From assembly GCA_963786865.1 (NCBI GenBank), contig CAWBAV010000013.1:65067-129066 (forward strand): a stretch of 64,000 nt of DNA. The letters are read 5' to 3'. The DNA comes from an uncultured delta proteobacterium. GTDB taxonomy: Bacteria > Myxococcota_A > Polyangia > Polyangiales > Houyiibacteriaceae. Within the stretch, counting starts at the first letter, position 1. Every line of letters begins with the position of its first letter. Positions 56,523-64,000 of this stretch are shown here, one piece after another. The notes under the pieces were generated by a model, which saw nothing but the letters and a program-made list of their open reading frames with translations, ran no database searches and was not told where the DNA came from. The translations under genes and the position numbers were made by a program.

Positions 56523-58157
56523 ATGACCAGCGTCGCCTTCAATCTGCTGGTCGGTGGCGTCGGGCTGTTTTTGCTCGGCATGTTCCTGATGACGGATGGC
56601 TTGAAGATGGCCGCCGGGCCTGCCCTCGGGAAGGTGCTGACGAGTTCGACGCAAACGCGCATGCGCGGCTTGTTTTCGGGGCTGCTGGTTACCGCGCTGG
56701 TCCAGTCTTCGAGCGCCGTTACCGTCGCCGCCATCGGTTTCGTCAATGCCGGGCTGCTGACCTTCAATCAGTCCCTGTGGGTTCTTTTCGGCGCCAACGT
56801 CGGTACGACCATGACCGCCTGGCTGGTCGCGTTGCTTGGTTTCACGGTCAAGATCGAGGCCGCGGCGCTGCCGATGATCGGTATCGGCATGGCGCTGCGA
56901 CTTTCCGGTCCGGAACTGCGGCGTGGCGCGGCCGGCAGCGCACTGGCCGGATTCGGCGTCCTTTTTCTCGGTATCGGTTTCCTGCAGCAGGCCTTCCCCG
57001 GAGCGGGCAGCGGCTTCGACCTCACGCTGCTCGCCGGCCACGGTGCCTTGTCGGTCGTCGCCTTCGTGCTTGCCGGGCTGCTGTTGACCGTGCTCATGCA
57101 GTCTTCGAGTGTATCGCTGGCGATCGTACTGACCCTTGCCGAGGCTGGTGCCATTCCGCTGATGGCGGCTGCGGCGGCGGTGATCGGCGCCAATGTCGGG
57201 ACCACCGTGACGGCCCTGCTGGCAGTCATCGGCGCCACGCCGAATGCCAAGCGGGCGGCGGCCGCCCACGTCCTGTTCAATGTGCTGACGGCGCTGGTCG
57301 CGCTGCTCGTTCTGCCCTTGCTGCTCACCATCGTCAATGCGTTGCGCGACGGCATCGGCCTCGCTTCGTCGCCGGCGGTCAGTCTGGCCTTGTTTCATAC
57401 CGCCTTCAATGTGCTCGGCGTGGCGCTGATGTGGCCGGTTGCCGGTCGCCTGGCACGCTTTCTGGAGAGCCGTTTCCATACCCGCGACGAGGAAATCGGC
57501 AAGCCGCTGTATGTTGACCGCAACGTTGCCTCGGTGCCGTCGCTGGCGGTCGATGCGCTGCGCCGCGAAATCGATCGGGTCGGCGGCATGGCCATCGGCG
57601 GGGTCTGGGCGCGGGTCGGCAGCTTGATCGGCGAGGGCGGCCGTAGCGACGAGTCGGCCGGCTTGCCGTCGCTCAATCGGGCGATCGCCGCGTTTGTGAC
57701 CCAGGTCAGCCGCGGCGCGATGGCGGCTGCGACGGCGCAGGCACTCGCCAAGCTCTTGCGCGTTCAGCACTACTACGAAAATTGCGGCGAACTGGCCGCC
57801 GAGGTGGTCGCCGTGCGCGATACCGTCGCCGATCTCGGCTCGACGCCGCTGCATGCCGCGATTCTGTCATTGGCGCGCGTTGCCGATACGCTGCTGGTCC
57901 AGCTCAACCCGGACAACGAGCCGTTCTCACCGCTCGGCGCGGCCCAGGCCGAAGATTTCGAGGACAACTATCAGGAGGTCAAGGCCGCTTTGCTCGCTGC
58001 CGGCGCATGCGGGGAAATTTCCATCGACGCCATGGAACAACTGTTGCGCAGCTTCAGCACGCTGCGCCGGATCATGGACCAGGCGGCCAAGGCGGCACGC
58101 CTGTTGGCGCAAATGCGCAACGAACTCGCGGAAGCACCGGCCGAGGCGGCAGACTAA
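56523..58157 (+). CDS. Na+/Pi cotransporter-family protein
   Basis: Two QSSS / GANVGTT repeats and a C-terminal PhoU-like helical region. Confidence 0.9.
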   Translation: MTSVAFNLLVGGVGLFLLGMFLMTDGLKMAAGPALGKVLTSSTQTRMRGLFSGLLVTALVQSSSAVTVAAIGFVNAGLLTFNQSLWVLFGANVGTTMTAWLVALLGFTVKIEAAALPMIGIGMALRLSGPELRRGAAGSALAGFGVLFLGIGFLQQAFPGAGSGFDLTLLAGHGALSVVAFVLAGLLLTVLMQSSSVSLAIVLTLAEAGAIPLMAAAAAVIGANVGTTVTALLAVIGATPNAKRAAAAHVLFNVLTALVALLVLPLLLTIVNALRDGIGLASSPAVSLALFHTAFNVLGVALMWPVAGRLARFLESRFHTRDEEIGKPLYVDRNVASVPSLAVDALRREIDRVGGMAIGGVWARVGSLIGEGGRSDESAGLPSLNRAIAAFVTQVSRGAMAAATAQALAKLLRVQHYYENCGELAAEVVAVRDTVADLGSTPLHAAILSLARVADTLLVQLNPDNEPFSPLGAAQAEDFEDNYQEVKAALLAAGACGEISIDAMEQLLRSFSTLRRIMDQAAKAARLLAQMRNELAEAPAEAAD

Positions 58158-58768
58158 GGCTTGCCGGCGTCGCTCGAAGGTTTCTCCGGCGCCGCCTCGA
58201 AGCGACCGAGTTCCTCGCGGGTGTTGATATTCTCGAAGGCGTCGGCCTCGTCATCGAAAGCTACTTCGACGATGTTCAGCGTCGAGTACCAGCGGTCGAT
58301 CTTGCGCCCGCCGCTTTCGAGAAACTCGCTCAGATGCGGCAGCACCCCGCGCTTGCACAAACAGAAAACCGGGTGTGCCTGGTCGAAAGTGCGGGCGACG
58401 GCGAGATCGGCATGCGCTGCGGTCAACGCCGAAAACAGGCGAAAAACCAGATCGTCCGGCAGGAATGGGGAGTCGCAGGGCGCGGTGGCGACCAGCGGGT
58501 GACTCGCCGCCGACAGCGCAGCGTGCAGACCGGCCAGCGGGCCGGCGAAACCGGGGATCTGGTCAGGTACGACGCGATGCCCGAAAGCAGCGTAACGCGC
58601 GCTGTTCTGGTTGGCGTTGATCAGCAGTTCGTCGACCTGCGGGGCCAGGCGCTCGACTACCCAATGCACCATCGGTTGGCCGCGCAGTTCCTGCAACCCC
58701 TTGTCAATGCCGCCCATGCGGCGACCGAGGCCGCCGGCCAGAATGACGCCCGTGATCTTTTCGCTCAT
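58154..58768 (-). CDS. mobA: Molybdenum cofactor guanylyltransferase
   Basis: ILAGG.GRRMGG.DKG, GPLAGL, PCDSPF and NINT. Confidence 0.95.
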   Translation of the reverse strand: MSEKITGVILAGGLGRRMGGIDKGLQELRGQPMVHWVVERLAPQVDELLINANQNSARYAAFGHRVVPDQIPGFAGPLAGLHAALSAASHPLVATAPCDSPFLPDDLVFRLFSALTAAHADLAVARTFDQAHPVFCLCKRGVLPHLSEFLESGGRKIDRWYSTLNIVEVAFDDEADAFENINTREELGRFEAAPEKPSSDAGKP

Positions 58769-59569
58769 CGCGTGAACCGCTCCTCGCCGGTGAATAACAG
58801 GTAATGCTTGCCCTGGGCGCGGCCGATCATCGTCATCCCGAGTTTCCGGGCGATTTCCCAGCCCATCTGGGTCAGGCCGGAACGCGAGACGAGAAAGGGA
58901 ATGCCCATCTGCGCCGTCTTGATGACCATTTCCGAGGTCAATCGGCCGGTCGTGTAGAAAATCTTGTCGCCGCCGTCCAGTTCGTCCAGCCACATCCTGC
59001 CGGCGATCGCGTCCACCGCATTGTGGCGTCCGACATCCTCGACGAACATCAGGATTTCACTGCCCTGCGCCAAGGCGCAGCCATGCAACCGCGCCGGCCT
59101 GCTTGTAGATCGATTCATGGTGGCGCACCGCGTCGAGCAGTCCGTAGAGCGTTGCCTGCGAGATGCTGGCCTCCACCGGCAGGCGGATGTTGCCGACATC
59201 GTCCATCAGGTCGCCGAACACCGTCCCCTGGCCACAGCCGGTGGTGACGGTGCGCTTGGCCATTCGGCTGTCGTCGATCGAGCGGCCGTGCCGCGTCGTC
59301 ACGGCGACCGCGTTGACATCCCAATCCACCTGTACCGAGGCGATTTCGGCAAGGCTGCCGATCAGGCGCTGGTTGCGCAGGTAGCCGATGGCCAGCGCCT
59401 CGGGCGCGCCGCCGAGCGTCATCAGCGTGACGATCTCGCGCTTGTCGACGTAGAGGGTCAGCGGGTGTTCTCCGGCAACGGCTGTCGGAACCAGTTCGCC
59501 AAGCTCGTTGATGGCCTCGATGGCGAAGGTCAGGGGGCGCGAAGCCGCGGTCAGCAGTGGGCGATTCAT
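58765..59569 (-). CDS. fdhD: Formate dehydrogenase sulfurtransferase FdhD (frameshift near 59,090)
   Basis: EHPLTLYV, TTGCGQG, GAV(H)GCAL, EDVGRHNAVD and TGRLTSEMV.K. Confidence 0.9.
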
Positions 59570-59635
59570 CGGCGGGATTCTACACTTGGGTGAAGTTGGG
59601 CTATGCTGAAACGATTCCAGTTCCCAAATGCCACC

Positions 59636-60106
59636 ATGAAACATTTTCCGGTCGCCGTGATCATCGAAAAGACCAAGCTCGACAATCGCTGGGTCAGCGA
59701 AAGATGGGAGGCGATCGGGGTCATTCCGGCTTTCGCCGCCGATCCGGCCGACTGCGCGCCGCGCCGGATTGTCGCCGAGGTCGATCGCGAGCAGTTCCTG
59801 ACCGGTCATTTCAGGCTCGAGCTGTTTCGCGACGAAGTCGACAACTACCATCTGAACCTGACTTCGCCGGAGCCGCGCGTCTTCGTGATGTGGCGGATGG
59901 AGGAAGATTTTCCCCGCCCGGTCAGCGTCTCGCTGAGTTACGGCGAAGCGGCGCGCTGGCTCGACTCGGGCGAGCAATGCGACGGGGTTGCGATGCCACC
60001 GGAAATTGCGGACTGGCTGGGCGATTTCGTCAATACGCATTACAAGCCGGCGGTGCGCCACAAGGTCAAGCGCAACGACCCGTTCGCCGGAAAGCGTCAG
60101 CCGTGA
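59636..60106 (+). CDS. DUF3305-family protein
   Basis: NRW...RW, L.LFRDEVDNY.LNLTS..P and SYGEAARWLD.GE; typical fdh-cluster position. Confidence 0.8.
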   Translation: MKHFPVAVIIEKTKLDNRWVSERWEAIGVIPAFAADPADCAPRRIVAEVDREQFLTGHFRLELFRDEVDNYHLNLTSPEPRVFVMWRMEEDFPRPVSVSLSYGEAARWLDSGEQCDGVAMPPEIADWLGDFVNTHYKPAVRHKVKRNDPFAGKRQP

Positions 60107-60531
60107 GTGGCGGCCGCTTTCTCGAACGCTGGTCGCGACTGAAAAAAGCCGCCGAAAAGGCGTTGACCGCAGAAATCACCGATGCCGAAAGCCTGCTTGC
60201 CAATCTGACGCCGGACAGCGACTTCGGGCAGTTCCTGCGTCAGGAAGTTAGCGAAGAGATTCGTCGCAAGGCGCTGAAAACGCTGTTCGCCGATCCGCAA
60301 TTCAATGTGATGGATGGCCTCGACATCTACATCGACGATTACTCGATCAGCGAACCGATCCCCCCCGAAATGCTGGCTGCGCTGAATCAGGCCAAGATCC
60401 TGTTCGAGACGCCCGATGTCGAAGATGCGCCGGAGCAAACAGCAAGCGAATTCCGCGAGGCTTCGCCGGACGGCGTGCAAGAGATTGTGGCCGCAACGCC
60501 AGCCGACTTGCCATCAGAAAATAATCAATGA
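60103..60531 (+). CDS. DUF3306-family protein
   Basis: FLERWSRLK, DSDF..FL, RRKALKTLF.DP.FNVMDGLD.YIDDY; GTGA overlap. Confidence 0.85.
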   Translation: MSGGRFLERWSRLKKAAEKALTAEITDAESLLANLTPDSDFGQFLRQEVSEEIRRKALKTLFADPQFNVMDGLDIYIDDYSISEPIPPEMLAALNQAKILFETPDVEDAPEQTASEFREASPDGVQEIVAATPADLPSENNQ

Positions 60532-60633
60532 GTTGGCGTCACCGGCCGAGCCGGATATCCGTCCGCAAGGATGCAAAACGTTGCACAAAATTGCTGCGCA
60601 ATCCCCCTGTTTTTGAACGTCCGGATAGCTAAA

Positions 60634-60646
60634 TAAGTCATTGATT
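60634..60646 (-). promoter_or_regulatory. IHF-binding site consensus
   Basis: Minus strand reads AATCAAtgacTTA, matching WATCAA-N4-TTR, in an AT-rich intergenic region. Confidence 0.6.
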
Positions 60647-60758
60647 ATAAGTAGTAAATGTTTCTATTTCGGGAACTCTTTCGGCTAGAATCAGTCATTG
60701 TTCGAAGCACTGTCGTTGAAAAGTTGTTCTCTTGAACCCAGTTGTTCCGGCCTCTCTC

Positions 60759-62381
60759 ATGGTTTTCGAAAATACGCCATTGGCAGCCGCTATGGCTGCA
60801 TTGCAGGATATTCCTTCACCGGAGCCGGTGCCGGCGCTGAGCATGGTTGCTGCGGGGCGTCTGGCCATCGTCGGGGAGACCGAGGCTGCCCTCGGCTGGG
60901 CCGAACGTCTCTCGACTCAGCGCGACGTCACCGTGCTGGCGCTGGGAAGGCTGCCGACAGGTTTCGATCGCGCGGAATTGAATGGCTTTTCCGTCGAGCC
61001 TGCTACAAGCATTTCCCTGGCCGGGCATCTCGGTGCCTACAGCCTCGACTGGAAATCGGCTGATGGCAGCAAACAGGCAGATTTCGACGTCGTTCTCGAT
61101 CTCTCGCCGCAACCCCTGCTCAACCGTGTCGAATTGCCGGAGGGCTATGCCGCGCCCGGTCGCGATCCGCTCGATCAGGCACTGGCCGTGATCGACCTGC
61201 TCGGCTTTTCCGGCGAGTTTGAAAAACCGCGTTACGTTGCGCTCAAGGAACGACTGTGCGCCCACAGCCGTTCGCAGAAGCACGGTTGCAGCAACTGTGT
61301 CGATGTCTGCTCCACCGGCGCGATTAGCAGCGGCGGCGATTCGATCAGGCTCGACCCCTATCTCTGTCAGGGTTGCGGCACCTGCACGACGGTCTGCCCG
61401 TCCGGGGCGCTGGCGTACCAGTATCCTCGCGTTGCCGATGTCGGCGTGGCGATCAAGGCGCAACTCAAGGCGTATGCCGCTGCAGGCGGGGTCAATCCCT
61501 GCCTGCTTTTTCATTCGGCTACAGCGGGTCGCAGGCAGTTGCTTGAACTGAAGCGCGCCGGTCACGGTTTGCCGCCGAACGTGATCCCGGTCGAAACCTG
61601 GAGCGTCGATGCGGTCGGGCTGGATTTGATGCTTGGCGCGGTAGTTCTTGGCGCCACCCAAGTCGCTGTACTCGCTGCCGGGTCGCACGATCTGGCGCCG
61701 TTGCGGACGCAGGCAAATCTCGGCCAGAGCATTCTGGAAGGCATGGGCTATGCTGGCGAATATCTGCGGGTTGTTGATGGCGAGCCCGGCAACTGGCTGG
61801 CCGAATTTTCTTCGTGGCCGGCGGCGCCGGCATTGCCGGCCAGCGAATTCCGCTTGCTGGCCGACAAGCGGACGACGCTTGAATTTGTCATCGATCATCT
61901 GCAAAAGCATGCGCCAGCCCATCCTGATTTCATCGAACTGAAGGTTGGCGCGCCGTTTGGCACGGTGGATGTCAGCGCCGCCTGTACTCTGTGCATGTCG
62001 TGCACCAGCGCCTGTCCGGCCAGCGCCCTGAAGGCAGCGGCTGATGCGCCGCGCCTTTCATTCCTCGAACGCAATTGCCTGCAGTGCGGCCTCTGCGCCA
62101 ACACCTGCCCGGAACAGGCAATCACCCTGACGCCGCGCCTGCTCCTGAAAGATCGGCGCCACGAGCGTGTGCTCAGGGAGGCCGAAATTTTCTGCTGTAC
62201 TGCCTGCGGCAAGCCGATGGGCGCCGCGCCGACCGTTCTGAACATGATTTCCCGGCTCGCCGGGCACAGCATGTTCGCGACGCCCGAAGCCCGGGCACGC
62301 CTGAGCATGTGCGGGGATTGCCGTGTGATCGACCTGATTCAGCACGAGAACAGCACCAAGGCCTGGGAGATGACGGAATGA
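60759..62381 (+). CDS. Multi-[4Fe-4S] ferredoxin-type protein of fdh clusters
   Basis: CAH...GCSNCVDVC, CQGCGTCTTVCP, CTLCMSCTSACP, CLQCGLCANTCP, CTACG and MCGDC. Confidence 0.9.
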   Translation: MVFENTPLAAAMAALQDIPSPEPVPALSMVAAGRLAIVGETEAALGWAERLSTQRDVTVLALGRLPTGFDRAELNGFSVEPATSISLAGHLGAYSLDWKSADGSKQADFDVVLDLSPQPLLNRVELPEGYAAPGRDPLDQALAVIDLLGFSGEFEKPRYVALKERLCAHSRSQKHGCSNCVDVCSTGAISSGGDSIRLDPYLCQGCGTCTTVCPSGALAYQYPRVADVGVAIKAQLKAYAAAGGVNPCLLFHSATAGRRQLLELKRAGHGLPPNVIPVETWSVDAVGLDLMLGAVVLGATQVAVLAAGSHDLAPLRTQANLGQSILEGMGYAGEYLRVVDGEPGNWLAEFSSWPAAPALPASEFRLLADKRTTLEFVIDHLQKHAPAHPDFIELKVGAPFGTVDVSAACTLCMSCTSACPASALKAAADAPRLSFLERNCLQCGLCANTCPEQAITLTPRLLLKDRRHERVLREAEIFCCTACGKPMGAAPTVLNMISRLAGHSMFATPEARARLSMCGDCRVIDLIQHENSTKAWEMTE

Positions 62382-63001
62382 ACGCTGTACTCGAACCCGT
62401 TGCGTCTGCGCCGGTCCTGACTGATGAGGACCGTGCCCGCGCCGAGCATTACGCCGTCTTGTCGCGCCTCTTTTCGAGCGCGCCGGATGCCGAATTCCTG
62501 AACAAGCTGCCGACCCTCGGTGACCACTGGGGTAATCCGGAAAGCCCGCTTGGGCAGGCCTGGCTGACGCTCGGCGACGTTGCCCGGAATGCCGACCCCG
62601 AGGCGGTCGAAGAGGAGTACACGCGCCTGTTCCTGACCATCGGCCGCCCGGAGGTGATGCTCTACGGCTCCTTCTACCTCGCCGGTTTCCTGATGGAAAA
62701 ACCGCTGGTCGAACTGCGCCATGACCTGGCTGAACTGGGGCTTGGCCGTCGTCTCGGCGTGACCGAATCCGAAGATCACATCGCCGCCCTGTGCGATGTC
62801 ATGCGCCACCTGATTGTCACCGGCCCCGATGCGGCCGGTCTGGCGCGTCAGCAGTTTTTTTTCACCCGGCACATCGCGCCCTGGTTCGAAGCCATGTGCG
62901 ACGCTCTGGAAGGGGCGCCGGAAGCCCATTTTTACCCGCATGCCGCCCAACTGGTGCGTGCCTATTTCGAGATCGAACGCCTGGCGTTCGACATGCTTTA
63001 G
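62378..63001 (+). CDS. TorD/DmsD-family redox enzyme maturation chaperone
   Basis: EYTRLF, YGSFYL.G, ESEDHIA.L and FF..HI.PW. Confidence 0.9.
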   Translation: MNAVLEPVASAPVLTDEDRARAEHYAVLSRLFSSAPDAEFLNKLPTLGDHWGNPESPLGQAWLTLGDVARNADPEAVEEEYTRLFLTIGRPEVMLYGSFYLAGFLMEKPLVELRHDLAELGLGRRLGVTESEDHIAALCDVMRHLIVTGPDAAGLARQQFFFTRHIAPWFEAMCDALEGAPEAHFYPHAAQLVRAYFEIERLAFDML

Positions 63002-63021
63002 TTTTGTCGAGGAGAGAACGA

Positions 63022-63228
63022 ATGAACGATAAGAAACCGGAAAACCTCAAGCGGCGCGGCTTTCTGCTGGCCGCCGGCGTTGGCAGCGCGGGTGCGGTCG
63101 CCGTTGTTGCCAGCGGCATCGGCAAGGAGGCCGCGAAGCCCTTGGCCGTCGTTTCGGCCGACGACAAGGCAGGCAGCTACCGGGAATCACCGCACATCAG
63201 CAACTACTACCGCACGGCGCGGGTTTGA
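63022..63228 (+). CDS. Formate dehydrogenase region TAT-target small protein
   Basis: KRRGFLL twin-arginine motif; C-terminal YRESPHISNYYRTARV; SD ggag. Confidence 0.85.
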   Translation: MNDKKPENLKRRGFLLAAGVGSAGAVAVVASGIGKEAAKPLAVVSADDKAGSYRESPHISNYYRTARV

Positions 63229-63241
63229 ACGGAGCTCAATC

Positions 63242-64000
63242 ATGCTGACCAGAAAAGCTACGGCCCATCAAGGCACGCTACCGGAAGCGGGCGTAATTTT
63301 GGCGACAAATCCGGCGTTGACCGCAACGGGCAATATCCTGGCGAAAACCATGGATCGCCGCACCTTCCTCAAGCGTTCCGGCTTGGTGGCCGGCGGTGGC
63401 GCGCTGGCCACCCAGCTGCCGTACAACATGATCGGCAGCGCCGAGGCTGCGGATGTGGCCAAGGACAAGACCGGCGTCGAGACGAAGCGCACCGTGTGTA
63501 CGCACTGCTCGGTCGGCTGCGCTGTCGATGCGGTCGTCGAAAACGGTGTCTGGATCGCGCCAGGAACCGGTGTTCGATTCGCCGCTCAATCTCGGCGCCC
63601 ACTGCGCCAAGGGGGCATCGGTGCGCGAGCATGGCCATGGCGAACATCGTTTGAAGTACCCGATGAAACTGGTCAACGGCAAGTACCAGAAGATCAGCTG
63701 GGAGCAGGCGCTCAACGAAGTCAGCGAAAAATTGCTGGCGATCCGCAAGGAAAGCGGCCCGGATGCGACCTACTGGGTCGGCTCCTCGAAGCAGAGCAAC
63801 GAACAGGCCTACCTGTTCCGCAAGTTCGTCTCCTTCTTCGGCACGAACAACATGGACCACCAGGCGCGCATCTGCCACTCGACCACGGTCGCCGGCGTCG
63901 CCAACACCTGGGGTTACGGGGCGATGACCAACTCCTACAACGACATGCAGTTTTCCAAGGCAGCGTTGTACATCGGCTCGAATGCCGCCGAGGCGCATCC
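63242..64000 (+). CDS. fdhA: Formate dehydrogenase alpha subunit, Tat-exported, Cys-ligated (3' partial; frameshift near 63,560)
   Basis: DRRTFLK; CTHCSVGC...HCAKG; RLKYPMK; [11 protein letters not shown]. Confidence 0.9.
   Translation, partial: MLTRKATAHQGTLPEAGVILATNPALTATGNILAKTMDRRTFLKRSGLVAGGGALATQLPYNMIGSAEAADVAKDKTGVETKRTVCTHCSVGCAVDAVVENGVWIAPGTGVRFAAQSRRPLRQGGIGARAWPWRTSFEVPDETGQRQVPEDQLGAGAQRSQRKIAGDPQGKRPGCDLLGRLLEAEQRTGLPVPQVRLLLRHEQHGPPGAHLPLDHGRRRRQHLGLRGDDQLLQRHAVFQGSVVHRLECRRGAS

Noticed and set aside
63860-63890. Selenocysteine/SECIS in fdhA
   Set aside because: The ligand codon is TGC, not TGA.
33935-64000. Functional link between the carotenoid/CoxL genes and the AOR/FDH cofactor genes
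   Set aside because: They lie on opposite sides of the probable chimeric junction at about 50,700.

Overview
The window appears to join two unrelated genomic segments at about 50,700. Segment 1 (1 to ~50,700) is very GC-rich with CTC-Leu/GAG-Glu codon habits and an Acidobacteriota-like gene repertoire (taxon is inference). It carries peptidases and amidohydrolases, a DUF5916 outer-membrane protein, an AAC(6')-like GNAT, a sigma-54-driven outer-membrane barrel, two toxin-antitoxin-like pairs, a membrane-lipid modification operon, an FeS-type (6-4) photolyase, a zeaxanthin cluster (crtE, crtZ, crtY, crtI, crtB) with an embedded ABC exporter and two exported accessory proteins, an orphan CoxL-like molybdoenzyme subunit and a propeller-GGDEF sensor. 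Segment 2 (~50,700 to 64,000) looks betaproteobacterial (Rhodocyclales-like, inference). It holds the tail of a tungsten aldehyde oxidoreductase operon (aorB end, aorCDE), mobB, an HD-GYP protein, a Na/Pi transporter, mobA, fdhD and a Cys-type formate dehydrogenase cluster that runs off the window. Many genes in both segments carry single-base frameshifts, most likely long-read consensus errors. No rRNA, tRNA, CRISPR array or transposase was found. Best leads: a putative carotenoid export module, two tandem unannotated MSFSL-CxxC membrane microproteins, a 190-bp CTAG-flanked MITE-like element, a DUF6036-like nucleotidyltransferase pair, and a terminator-like hairpin between aorB and aorC.
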